From Marsupella aquatica (taxonomy: Eukaryota > Plantae > Marchantiophyta): a DNA stretch of 64,000 bases. Positions 22,947 to 35,124 of this stretch are shown here, one piece after another (within the stretch, counting starts at the first letter, position 1; each line of letters opens with the position of its first letter). The stretch lies in contig OZ316893.1 of NCBI GenBank assembly GCA_973895155.1, positions 496,860-560,859 on the forward strand. Direction: 5' to 3'. The notes below the pieces were generated by a model, which saw only the letters and a list, made by a program, of their open reading frames with translations, searched no databases and was not told the origin of the DNA. The position numbers were made by a program, and so were the translations under genes.

Positions 22947-25900
22947 CTCTCCTCCCGGGTTGCTCTTAGCTCCTTGTCGAGCTCCGCTACGACCTCAGAC
23001 TCCATGTTATTCATCTTGGCATAAGTCTGGTCGAGCTGGGCGTCCTTCTCCCGCAGGTCGGCCTTGAAGCTGGCCGTCAGGGACGCAAGCTCCTGCTGTA
23101 GCGCAACAATCCCTTGATAGGATTTCCCTAACTCGGCCTCCTTCTGCTCAAGGGCTCCGCGGATTTTCTCGAGCTCCCCCTTCAACGCCCATTCCTTTCT
23201 TTGGGTCTCCGCCATGGCCCGGTTGTTGGCTATTATGTGGGCCTCCTCTGTATTCCTCAGCTCTCGCTTCCACTTCTCCCTCTCTTTGATCGCGTCGGCC
23301 AATTCTCCCTCGGTCTGAGTCAGTTTATCCTTGATAATCTGATTATCAGCCTGCGTGGTGTCCAACTGCCCCTGCATGATGTTCAGCTCATGCCGCTTAA
23401 TCCGCAGTTCATCTTGGGCTTTCTTGGCCGCCCTTAGATCTTCAATCTCGGCTTCCATCCTCCTAAGCCACCGGATGACCTCGTCCTTCTTGCTTCTCTC
23501 TAAAGCCACCGCTTCTTCTAATTGGTGCTTCTCCAACTGCTCCCTATGGAAAAAGGGTCCTACCTCCAACTCCTCCCCAAAGATGCCGAGCGCAAGTTCC
23601 CCACATATCTCACCATACTCCATGGCTCTATTCTTAGCGTAGGTGGAGTAAGTAGAAGTGATCGGCATCGCCCATCGCGGCCTCTGCTCCCAAGCCGTCT
23701 TGCGGATCTCTTCAATCGTGGCTAGAGGTTTGCTTCCTTTTTCGGCTAGCCGCCTGATGTCCTCCGGCCAATCTCCTCCTGGAAAATCCTTTTCCCTAGC
23801 CAGGGCTGCCTTTTCTGCTTCCCTAAGTCACTCCTGAAATTCCTGTGCCGTTTGCTTTATGTCGTCAAAGCTCGGGGGAGCGACATCAGGTGGGGGAGAC
23901 TCGGGGCTGCTCTGCTGGCTTGGGTCTCCTCGAACTACTCTTGGGAGCATGGGGATGAACCGGCCACAAGTCCTTACTCCTGGAACATGATGATCCGACC
24001 CGTAGCCGGAGTCATCATTGCTGTAGTCCTCTACCGCCTCCTCCTCGGCTTGGACTACCGGCTTCTCCCGTTGTTCTCCTGGTTCTGTTGATAACACGGC
24101 TTCACCTCTCACCGGTCTTGGTTCCTCCTTCGGCTTCCGTGTTGATCTCTTGTTCTCCTTGTCGTGGCCGGGAGCTACGGCCTGCTTCTCCTCGGCTTCG
24201 GGACTTAAGGCTCCGACATTCATGCGGACTCCCGGCTCGTGTTCCGGCCTCCTTCTCTCCTTGACCCCAGTAAAAGGGTTTCCCCTTGTAAGCCGGCTTA
24301 GGCCCACCTCTGGAGCAGTGTCCTGCATTGGTGTCGTTGCCGTTGTCGTTGCCGTTGCCGTTCTCTTTTCCTTCTCCAATAATTTCAGCAGATTTTGCAT
24401 GCCTGGTTGCTGCATCGGCAAGTCCTCCGTCCTTGGTCTAAACACCTGCTCGATTGTAGGACTGTCGGGCGGGTTGGGTTTCTCCGTTGCCGGCGTCTGC
24501 TCTGGGTCCTCCTCCGATGCTCTTGCCGATAGGGGAAGTACTGGGGCAAAGATTTGACTTCTGGCATACCGGCACAACAGCGGCATGTGATAGCCAAGCC
24601 GGGACACGCTTCCCACACCGATCACCTGCTGTTCCTCCTTCAAGATCTTCTTCAGTTGGTTGAGGAGGTACCCGTTGTAATCCGGGCTTGGGTCTGGCCT
24701 TTCTGCCAGGTAGACCTGAGCCTTGCCGATCTCTGCCCTCGGCAAGTTACAATGCATGGTCACCCGCAAGAAGTCGATAATCTCTCCTATGTGCGGGTTG
24801 GTGCAAGTGTTCCAGAAGAAGCCATTCTTCGTTGATGGCCCGGGGAACGACCGGAACTCCTTGTCAGGCAAGGTCTTCCTAGTATCAACTTTGGTCTTAT
24901 TGCCTATTGGCAAGCCAAACACTTCGGCAATCACCTTGGGAGTAAGATAGAAATCCTTCCCATATATCCTCGTGGAATTGGTCTCGGGTTCCCATGACCC
25001 TACGAATTCTAATAGGTCTGAATCCGGCACCTCCGGCTTCAGCCATGGTAATCTTACAAAGGCCTCTAAGCCGGATCCGGCCATGAAGCCTTGGTACTTC
25101 TTGGTCTGCATGGCCGTAAAGCATGCATCCTCCTCCCGGGCAAAATGTAGTTGCACCTCCACTGGTAGGGTTGCCGCCCAGCCTTTCTAGGTGTCATCCC
25201 TGGTTGGAATGGCATTGATGGGATCGACCTCCTCCTCTTCGGCTTCTCCCTGCCTCCTGCTCTGCTGCTCGGCTGGCTTCTTTGGTGCCGCCGACCTCGT
25301 TCTTTTTGCCGGGGTGGCTTCATCGTTGACGGCTCCCTTCCTCTTCATCTCTGCTGCCGTGGAGGTTTCTCCTAGCACGGTTGCCTTTGTCCACCCCTCC
25401 GTGCTACCCTTCAACTCCCAGTGTATGTTGTTGCAGCGTTTGATGGCTTCTCGGATGCCGACGACTCTATCTTCGCAAAACAGAAGATCATCGAGCTGAT
25501 TGGAAGTAGGAGTCCACAAGAACTCGGCCTTGATGAGTTCGCCTCCTAAGAAAGCCGTCTTCTGCAGCTCCCACAATCGAGCGAGCTCTTGCCGTTCTTG
25601 AGCTGCCCTTTCTGATTCTTCGTCCTCGTAAGTCTTGATGTACTCAGTTGCCCGTTCGAACAGGCATCCCCAGAAATGTGCCGCTTGATTGACGTTGCTC
25701 ATACCCTCCTTGAGTCGATCGTTGGTATCTGTTCCCACCCCGAGTGCTTGTCTAAGCAGCTGACAGCATTTGGCCTCCCGTAGTCGTCTGCCCAGTTCGT
25801 TCTTGCAAATGAGCCACTATTCCTCGCGAGCGGTCCTTCCCCTCTCCTCTTCCGGTCCTTCCTTCCGTTGATCCTTCCTAGCCGCCAACGCTTAGCGCGC

Positions 25901-26077
25901 CCTAACCCTAATCTTGTTTTCACCCCCAGCGTCCTTACCTCCGGCCTCGGCCCGGGTTCCATAGTCGCCCCTAATTGTTTATATTTTCCTTGTTTTGTCC
26001 CTATACTAAGGTGTTTCTAGGGTGCATTCCTGCTTTACCCACTTAACTGGCCGAGTGATTCCTGGCTAGGCATCACA
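22947..26077 (-). mobile_element. Family-3 Gypsy LTR, copy C, 3'-truncated, carrying a disrupted LTR ORF
   Basis: Starts on the minus strand with TGTGATGCCTAGCCAGGAATCAC at 26077. ORFs 25187-25738, 23828-25162 and 22931-23668 closely match the proteins at 46750-50117 and 58490-61899. Internal stops at 25187 and 23828. Confidence 0.9.
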
Positions 26078-27680
26078 GAAATGCTATTGTTATTTACGCG
26101 AGCACATTGGTACAAATAGTGGACAGATGAGGAAGGGCCGTCAAAGCGGATGTAGGCATGGATGGGGAGAGATGAATTAGGGCCAGGCTTTACAATTTGC
26201 TAATCTTGGCAGAAGTTTCCAAAGAGAATCCGATGCTCAGATGGGAAAGTGAGCCAACATTAACCAAGGCACAGCTCTAGGTCTGCCCCCCCACCCGCGA
26301 CACCATTCATGATGAAATTCAGATCAAACAAGAATGAGAAGCGGGGACTTTTGAGGAATACTGGGAAGGAGATGTTCTCAGTGCTGGAGAAACCCCGAGT
26401 GAAATTAAACAAACAAAAGACGCCTTCTTGAGCAAAATGCATGGAGACGCCGCAGGTGGGTGCGCGCAGCTGCATGCATTCAGAATTAACGCAAGGAACA
26501 TAAAGTTGGCTTTAATGCAGCTTTTGCAGCGCAATTTGGTCTCCCATTGATTGAGGCAGGCGAGCGTACAATAGTAGAGACAGCTGACCACACTTAAAAA
26601 AAAGTTTATTAAAATGCTTGGAGAGGTAAGGAGTAGGTACATCTGTCAAAGTCGGGATTACCAATAAATTCATCGTAATGGGTTAGATATTTTTTTCCCT
26701 CTTTCATAATCGATCCTTACTTGTTGAATAGCTAACGAGGGTTGTGTTCGGAGACATCCTGTTCGGATAGTTTATTCGGTGATGGTGACGGTGACACTAG
26801 CTAGGACAAGAATGCCAACGAGTATTGATGCATAGATTGGGAAGTTGTTCGTCCCGAGATTCCGGTATTTTATATTTTCCACCGATATATTGCTGGTAAC
26901 CCTTTGCGTTTCCGGAGAGCCTAACGATTGGGTTGTCTGTATGAGATTTGGGAGCTCATTGACTGTCTGCATTTTGTCATAAAAATGCTTATAGCGTAAC
27001 CTGGGTGCAAAAGGTGTGCCCTCAAAAAAGGCAAGTTAAAGTATCATAGAGTAGTAGAATCGCGTCCTCATAGCCAAACACAACATTCATGCATGAAGGG
27101 AGAAATCTTGTTTGGACAAAGTGTCCAGGCAACCTTGGGTTGGTTGCTCCCTGTGCTCCACCTTTAAGTTCCCCCCCTCCATCCCTAATAGAATTGAAGG
27201 ATTAAAGGAGACTCTTAATGTCTTGGATGTACATTCATTGAAGATGAAGCTGAGGGAGTTAATTCATTCAAGCGCGCGAGGGACATCAACAAGTTTACGG
27301 TTTAACATCCCCAAGAGGTAGTACATAGAATCTTGGAGTACACATGGAATGCAGGTAACGTGTGCGTCATAATAAAACTCATAGATTGGTCAATTCCCGT
27401 AGGTACTTGAACCATATATAGGGAGCCAATAATAGCAGCCAGACAAGCAGATTCCCCTCAGTTGCTCGGTATCATATCACACCAATGATATGTAATTATT
27501 AGACGTTGCCATTGCCATTGTAAGTTTTTGGTAAGTCGGGAGCAACTTCACAGGACCGATTAATATCATTTAGGGTTTTAGAGTACAGGACCCTAAATCC
27601 TGATTGAACCCGAGATTGAACCCTAAAGCAAACCAATAATAAAACGTACCATTCACAGCATAGGCCACCAAAGGGCTCGG

Positions 27681-27748
27681 TGTGATGCCTAGCCAGGAAT
27701 CATTGTGCTAGTTTAAGGGGAAAAGGGAAGTGTACCCTAGAAACACCT
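27681..27748 (+). mobile_element. Family-3 LTR 5' tip (copy D), interrupted by a LINE insertion
   Basis: TGTGATGCCTAGCCAGGAATCA...GTTTAAGGGGAAAAGGGAAGTGTACCCTAGAAACACCT matches the reverse complement of 62208-62275 and is followed immediately by a T-rich tract. Confidence 0.85.
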
Positions 27749-28058
27749 CTTTTTTTTCTTTTTCTTTTAAATTTCATCTTTATTCCGCGTGAACCCCACG
27801 GATGAGGGAACCAGCAGGCCCAAGGCAAAAGGGCCACAAGGCCAAAAAGGACAACAACAGATGCACCTTGCATACCAGAGGGGAACAACACCACAAGACC
27901 AATCCCGAGCCAATTCAGGAGCTAAGCAATAATCTTAATACTCCATGCAACAGTGTTCAGCCAAATCATCATATGAACAACAGAGCATCGAAGTATCTAA
28001 ATGGGTCCCTACATTAGGTGAAGATCATTCACCGTCATGATCCTGTCAGATTCACTGG

Positions 28059-29237
28059 TCATTGGGATGTTAGTTTCTGTACCCTACCCCTAAGTAGCCT
28101 ACGTTGCTCTGCCTCCACCATAGTCCTAGCCAAGGAAAGCCGCCCAATCTTACGGCCAGAGCAAGATGAAGCAGCCACAGCCGACAGGTGATCAATAGTC
28201 TCCGTGCAGATATTAATCTGATCAAAAACGCGGTGTCTGGTCCGATCAAACGTCTGGCCATTCCTGGCAAGCCACAGGGACCACAAAGTTTGGTACATCA
28301 AGAAAACCTGTAACGTATGCAAAGGGGTCTTCCCCTGCATCGACAACAGGAGATGCACCAACCCAAGGGCCCGGTTAAATAATCTCCCATTCAGCCAGCC
28401 CTGCATTACCAGCCAGCAAGCCCCAGCATGGCGGCAGTCAAAGAAAATGTGCGGGATAGTCTCCACCACACCGGAGCAGAGTGTACATACCCCATCAGAC
28501 TTCCCAATCCTCAGAGCTTTGGAGCCAAAAAATAAACCCAGGGCAAGGATGCGCCATAAGAAGGTTCGGGCACGAGTGGATAGATCTGCAGTCCATATAA
28601 CCTGCCAGACCTTACACCATTCAATCTCAAGCAAGTTCACATTCCAGATCCTGTTAAGCCTGCAGAAATCAGATCCCTTGGGTCTTAGCAACTCAAACAC
28701 CCTGAGATTGGGAAGCCCAAATTTAGTCAGGGGCACACTGTCCTTATCGATCCATCTCCATAGTCTTGCTCCTGAGTCCCCAGTTGTTTCTCTGCAGATA
28801 GATCTGTGAAGAGTGGCAATAAAGGATAGACAAAATCTCCTATCGTCTTCCGGTAGACCCCTCAGTCTGAGCATGTTCTCATTCATATCCATCCACTGAT
28901 TATTCAGAGCAGACCGCAAATCGTTGACTTTCTTGACACCCAGCCTTCCACAGATCTTAACTACACCCAAAATGTTGGCCTCAGGGAGAGTGTAAAAATC
29001 CAATAGACAGCGCAAAACATCTTCAATCCCCCAGTGTCCAGGGATGGCCGCAGTGCCAGGACAAAGGACCAGGTTCTCCCAAACCAAGGTCCAAGCACAC
29101 CAAAGCTGGCTAGTATAACAGAGCTTCCCAAATGAGCGAGGAGTACTGAGCAGGACCTTATCCTTCATCGAGTAGTTGTTCCTACGTACCGTCTTATAGT
29201 TGCGCCACTTAGTTAGCTTTAGATTCTCCGCATACAT
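28059..29237 (-). pseudogene. LINE ORF2 C-terminal remnant (zf-RVT region)
   Basis: W..IW......RARTFLWR...CTLC....ETIPHIFFDC...CW and LWSLWLARN, typical of plant L1 ORF2 C-termini. The RT core is missing. Confidence 0.85.
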
Positions 29238-31597
29238 CCTGGCCCATTCCGATTCCGGTCTATCAAGCGCCCCAGTAAACCATTTACTTAGTAGATGCCA
29301 GCACTTTATATGCAGGATTCAGAAGAATAGCCGTTCCGCCTCTACCATCGTCAGGAGCAGAGTAAAAGTGTTGATAGTTGGGCAAGATCGTGCGTAGGGC
29401 CAGATCCAACCAAAAGCTATCCGCCTTTACTTCCTGTAGAGCGAGAGCATCTAGGGGCAATTTTCAGAGAGGATGTCCATTTCATTACAACATTTTTCCG
29501 GTCAGGGTCACACAGACCGCAGACGTTCCAAGACGCAAAATTAAAGGGCGCCATCCATATATATGACACCACAAAAGGTATACCACCCACGGCTTAGCCT
29601 CTCATCCCAAGCTGAGCAGCACAATTTAAGCAGAGGGGATAGAACCAGCGGGAATTCCCGTTAAAATATCAGAAGAACCGGGTACCATGCCAGGGGAGGT
29701 GCTGCGAGATATAGCCACTGTCGTATCTACCTCCAGGGAAGAGCCCTCAGATTGCTTCTTGTGATCACGTTGCAGCTTACATCCAGGTGTCACCCATCCT
29801 CCCGCGTCCTGCAAGGTAGAATCAGGGATGAATTGTAAGGATTTCTGATTTTTTGCTTTCTTCTTTTCCTTCTCTTTTTTCTTATCTTCAGGCGGTGATC
29901 TTCTTGCCAGCTTTCGGGCTCTCTCCTTTTTTTGGGCGGTGCGGGAGATAAATCCCTCGTACTCAGAAACCTCCATGTCAAATGGAATCTCAGGGGTAGA
30001 ATGCTCATCCTCGGCCTCTACCATTTTGTTAGAAACACCAGCGTTTAAAAGCAAAGGCACTACTGGTTCAGCTTCTGGGGCACTAGGACTAGTTCCAGAA
30101 TGCAAGAAAGAAAGCTCAAGAGTAGCGACAGTGTTCAAAATAGGCTCGTCCCTGTTCATAGCTTGCAAGTCATGCAGCACTCCCGGGCCGGGATGGCATT
30201 CATGTCAGAAAAAAGATGAGCAGACGTTACTTGCAAATTCAATCCGTCAGTAGATTCGTCAATTTCCCTATCAATAGCAACTGCACGAGAATCCCCCTCA
30301 AGATCTTGAGAACTCCCAAAAAGCGCAAATTCTCCTTCCGCATTCATAGGTAGTCTTTGAGCCAATGGAGTGATACTCCTCCCCGTTGATAGGGGCAAGG
30401 TAGCAACGGTCGCAGGATGGCTTGGCTGATCTGAATTAAGGGCATCAGCCTCCAATGCAACAACAACCAATGGCTCAGTAGTCGCAGGCACCAGGGGAGT
30501 TGGCAGCTCCTCAGCAAGTTGAGTGGCTGCAGGCGCAGGCACCTCATTTACTCGACAGTCCCGGGCTAAATGGCCCTTCTTATTGCAGCTAAAGCAATGA
30601 AATGGAATATTCTTGAATATTACTGGTTGCCATATAGAAAGATCAGCCTTGATCTGAACCTCCACACTCAATGGCACCTCCCGCTTGGTATCCCAAATGT
30701 CACGTCGTAGGCTTCGGCCTTAACTCAGACTTGAGCTTAGACGGGCACATCCCTCGTAAATCTGAGGGTTCGGGCAGGAAGGGAAGCACGGAATGCACCT
30801 TATTATCGTAAACTAGCGCTAAGTGCGCATACTGCTAAATACGGACACCTCCTAGGTATGGTTTGTGTTCCGCCGCCGGAACGTACCTTAGTCGATAGCA
30901 GGATCGACCCCGGCTTAAGGGCTTCTAAGCCTTCGTGCTGTCCGCCTTCGATCCGGATTCGATGATACAGGTCCTCAACCCGTGCTCGCAACCACTTACC
31001 CGCAGGCTGCACCCTGTGCACGTCTCGGGTAGTGCGTTCGGCCCGGCGCTGCCACCCATATACGAGAAACCCACACACATATGCGCACACATGCATACAA
31101 TCTCGATTTACACGAAGGAAAAATGATGGGAAAGGATTTTACTACAAAGGGAACATATGCGTACACTTAGTTGACACGACAGCCCTGGAATGCACAGGTT
31201 CAAGGCCAAGGGTGCACACTACAACGGAGCCCGGCTCCGCACTCACCCGACGAGCTTAGTCCTACCCCCTCCCCTTGGTACTCTGTCATTCCCAGAGGTC
31301 GGGACTCCCCGCATATCCCGCGGATGTCCGACTCTGAAACTAAAAACCCCCCCCTTGCCTCTACCGAGGGGTGCACTAAATACTAAGAGCCGAGGAACGG
31401 GGTGTCCTCCCGCCGAAGATTCGCTGACCAAGGTCCTAACTAAGCTGACAGTCAGGCCGGAAAACGGCTATGTCTTATTAGAAGATCCTAATCTACGCAG
31501 GCTGGACAGCAAGGCAGCGCTGCTGTACCTAAGGTAGGTGCCTGTCCCAAGAGCCTGACTAAGCCAATCCTAATCCTAATCTATTCCTACTCCACCG

Positions 31598-34228
31598 CTA
31601 ATGCCTGGCACGCTTGCCAGAGCCGCCCGAATGGGAACGGCCATCCCGCTGCCTTCGAAGCCTGTCATTGTCCGCTTTGAGGAGCTGGACCTGGTCCAGC
31701 AGAGATTCGTTCTCTCGCCTCGCCGCGTCCGTCTCCTCTGCTGCCTCCTGACATGCCTCCTCCAGCTGCTGGGCGTCGCTCGTCAGTTTACTCGCCAGCT
31801 GGTCCTGCTTCTCAGCCTCGGTTTGGAGCCGCGCCATCTCGGCCTGCAGCGTGGCTATCTCCGTCGCGTCCCGCTGGGCTCGCTCCTCGGCCTCCTCCAA
31901 GTCTTTCTGCCAGGTGACAGCTTGTTTCTTCAAACTGTCAATCTGGTTCCGGAGTCGTGTAATCTCGGCCTCGTTCCCAGCTTTGGCCTGTTCGGCTAGG
32001 GCGGTAAGAGCGTACGCCTTTGCTAACAACTCATCGGCGGCTGCAACCTTGGGTCGTAGTTGCAGAAGCTCAGCCTCTTGAGCCGCCACTTCGTTCTTTA
32101 GGTACACGGACTCCACCCGGTACCGCTCTATCCTCTGAAGGGCCTCCGACTGGGCCCGCCCTGCCTTTACGGCGGCAACCAACTCCTGATTGAAGAAACA
32201 GGCTACCTTCCGGGCCATGAACTCCCCGGTATCCCGGGCAATTTGATGAGAGAAATCTCCCAGAAGCCCGTTCAGAAACGTACCCTGTACGAAGAGTTCC
32301 GGGTGGTCCAAGTTGTGCCTGTCCGGATTTGGGCACGGGCAGACATCAACACGCGCAGGGGCCGGGGCAGTGACGTCCAGCCCTGGGGACATAACGTTGG
32401 AAGGGGCTGGAGTGTCCTCCTGTAGCAATGTCCGGTTCTCCGGAATTGCCACTGGCGGGTCCTTGGGAGACCCGGGTTCGGGTAAGACCTCTGCCGTACC
32501 AACTTCTGTACTTAGCCCGGCTAGTTGGGTCGCATCAACGGTTGCGACGACCGACCCCTCCGGCGCCTCCTCGGTTACGATTACAGCTATTTGTGGAGGT
32601 GGGGTGGGTGAAGCTGGCGTGTCCACTGGACTTCGGGCCTCGGGTTGGGGCCGTCTCTCCAATGCCGGAAAAACCCACCTAGCTGGGACCAGCTTTGTAA
32701 CGTTGATGCGGGGAAGGGTTCGTCGATCAAACCGGGCGTACCACTCAAGAATGATTTCGATGTGGCTAGCGAAATACGCCTTCCCGCCAATGTACAGCGT
32801 CTTCCTTCGCCGCTCCATCTCTTCATGGAATTTCTTAGCGAAGTACGACGCCCATTTCCTAGGTCGATAGTTCTCGACCTGGATGACCTGGGCGGCGGAG
32901 ATCTCCCCCCGGGGTTCCATCATGTGGAGAGCGTACCTCTGGAACTCCAGCCGCTCAGCTATCTCGGGCATGAGGCAGGTCCTCATCACGAACCCGTTGT
33001 CTACTGATCCCTCTGAGGGAAAACTTGAAGATTGGTACTTGGCCCCCTTGCCACCGGGAGCCCGTGATTCGACTCGATGGTCACCTTCGGGTAACCCGAA
33101 GATCATCTTGAGCCGTTCTTCTGTGAGGGACATATTCCTTCCCCGCAGCCGAGTCTGTTGACGTACGTCGTCATAATTCTTGACGAATTCTGTCATGTCC
33201 TCCCCGTAGTACCTGCAAGTGTTCCAGGGGAGAGAGGCGAGGTGCTCAAATCCCTGAGTCTTCAGGTACACCGCATGCTTGGGATGGAGGATGTTGCTGT
33301 GAACGTTTTCCCCCATGCGATGCATCGTTACCTTGGCTACAGCTACCGTGGCCAACGGTAACCCGGATGCACTGGCGGATTCCTTCCTCTTCTTTCCCCG
33401 TGACTGACTCGGGGAAGGTGATACTTCCCCATCCTCCCGATCGGGCCTGGGGAGTGCCACTGCGGTTGGTAACGGGCTCGGGGCGGCCACGGTCACCATG
33501 TTGTCTGCTGGGGCCGCTTCTGGGGTCAGAGCAGGGGGTGGGGACGATATAGTGTCGGCCCCCCGAGCGCTTGTTCCTCTGGGCCGCCTGGTCAAGGGTG
33601 GGGGAGCCTCGTCGTCATCGCTAAGATCCACAGCGTTGATGACGGAGCGTACCTGTGCTGGCTGGGTGATAGGTGGTGGGGTTTGGCTAGGCTGCGGCTG
33701 AGGCTGAAGCTGAGGTTGCATGGGCACGGGTACGGGTACGGGCCCGGCTGAGTTGGTCATGTTGGTTGATGGCCGAGTTCCCATGAAGCTCTGTAGGTGC
33801 TGGTAGAAGTTCTCCGAAGCGAGTGCAGACGCCCTTGTCGAATGGTTGGTACTGGACTCGCCGTTAATGACAGCCCGAACCTGGGCAGGGATGTGGTCAA
33901 AGTGATGTCGCTGCAGGTCGATTGTACCCGGGATATTGAAGACCTCGTCCGGAAGCCGAAGCAATGCTTCCCAAAACCCGATATATTTGTCTCCGTTGAA
34001 GAAGTACCCAGATACCTCAGCTGGTCGGTAAAGCTCGCTCTGAGACGGGTAGTCAAAGTTAAGGACGTAGTGGTGTCGTCCTGCTAGGCGGATGGCTCTC
34101 TCGTATTCGCGTTCGATCTCGTATCGGCGCGGGTTGGCGTGTTTCAATGAATCGGCCAAGTGCCTTCCGGTAGATAGGAACTACGTCCAGAATCGAATGG
34201 CCGAGCTAGAGAGGATCGTGTGCGACAT
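31598..34228 (-). CDS. LTR-encoded protein, family 1 (~876 codons from ATG 34228; one TAG at 34181-34183, then 853 aa open): PMD-like core plus coiled coil
   Basis: The in-frame ATG gives MSHTILSSSAIRFWT*FLSTGRHLADS. Core GFEHLASLPW...EFVKNYD...TRLRGRNMSLTEERLKMIFGLPEG, Pro-rich linkers, a C-terminal heptad-rich region and a basic tail. Confidence 0.75.
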
Positions 34229-34329
34229 TCAGAGGAGATAGTAGTGGCGACCTAGAGAGAACGAGAGAGCTGGGGTCAAAGCTGGCGCGCGGACTGATGG
34301 ACTGGTGCACTACAAAGGGTTGGCTCCCC

Positions 34330-34336
34330 TTTTATA
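34330..34336 (-). promoter_or_regulatory. Candidate LTR TATA box, family 1
   Basis: TATAAAAGGGG on the minus strand, ~360 bp inside the LTR start and ~100 bp upstream of ATG 34228. Confidence 0.55.
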
Positions 34337-35124
34337 CTTTGAGGGCTTGTCGATCCCTGACGTCTCCTCGACGCCCATAGGTTGAACCGCTCACGCTTGT
34401 GGTGTACCGGCCACTCCGCCGGTCTGAGTCAGCGTGCGTCAGTGGCCGCTTCCTTAAGTTCGTTATACGGACCCGAGGGAGGGGCCCCTCCACGCTCGTA
34501 ACCCGGGTGTGCGAATAGCGACCCGCCGCCAGCCCGAACCTGAAGTCCCCCTTATTGCCTAATGATGTCCTACCCCTAATGATTACCTAAATACTGTCGT
34601 TATGCTAATAATAGCGGCCTAAGACCCACCTAACGCGCGTGCCGAGCGCAGTTAGACTGAATCACTCATTAACCGCCGTACCGGCGGCGTCACACCAAAG
34701 TACACAGGCCCTGTCGTGTGGATAAGTGCTCAGGTCGTCACCCTGAATATAGTGAAGAATGTCGCCCAAGGACGCAGCAAGCTTCCGACGACAAGGTTCA
34801 AGTAGCAATGCACCGAATGGAATCTCAATCCACACAGGCAATAAGGTATAAGATTCACTTCTGATGTCAAAGGAAGGATCCCAAGGGAAAGTGAATACAA
34901 ATTTTTGCTCCAAGAACCAGGGGGCACAAGCCAGTGCAAAATCTCGATGTTTGGGATTCCTGAATGCTACCATATAGAAGTTTTTCCCAATGAATTTGAC
35001 TTGCGAAACAGGCCAATTCATCTCAGAAACGAAGGTCTTCTCCACCCAGAACTTAAATGTGGACAGCATCGGTGCGCGATTAGTAAAATAACACATCATG
35101 GAGCAGTTATACAGTTTGGTCACC

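Larger units (their letters stand above)
30698..34694 (-). mobile_element. Family-1 solo LTR (3997 bp) with a 5-bp TSD CCAAA, containing a large ORF
   Basis: Termini TGTCACG...CGTCACA; CCAAA at 30693-30697 and 34695-34699; interrupts LINE ORF1 cleanly; no gag, pol or PBS recognised inside. Confidence 0.88.
27749..35124 (-). mobile_element. L1-type LINE, internally deleted, interrupted by a solo LTR and cut off at its 5' side by a Gypsy insertion
   Basis: A-rich tail (T tract on + at ~27750-27768); ORF2 C-terminus with a zf-RVT-like motif; endonuclease start (SWNVCGL, LALQEVK) at ~29300-29560; ORF1 pieces with a DUF4283-like region and a CCHC knuckle. Confidence 0.85.
29626..35124 (-). pseudogene. 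LINE ORF1 split by an insertion (34695-35124 + 30156-30697 + frameshifted 29626-30180)
   Basis: IGKNFYMVAF...PWF...FPWDPSF...PVWIEIP (DUF4283-like). Removing 30698-34694 and one CCAAA restores DRACVLW-DTKREVPLSVEV...CFSCNKKGHLARDC. Confidence 0.82.

Noticed and set aside
26078-27680. Short ORFs between LTR copies C and D
   Set aside because: No motif or structural boundary I could support.
30698-34694. Insert as a DNA transposon with TIRs
   Set aside because: Only ~7-bp imperfect TG..CA ends with a 5-bp TSD, no transposase motif, and the same architecture as the two confirmed LTRs.
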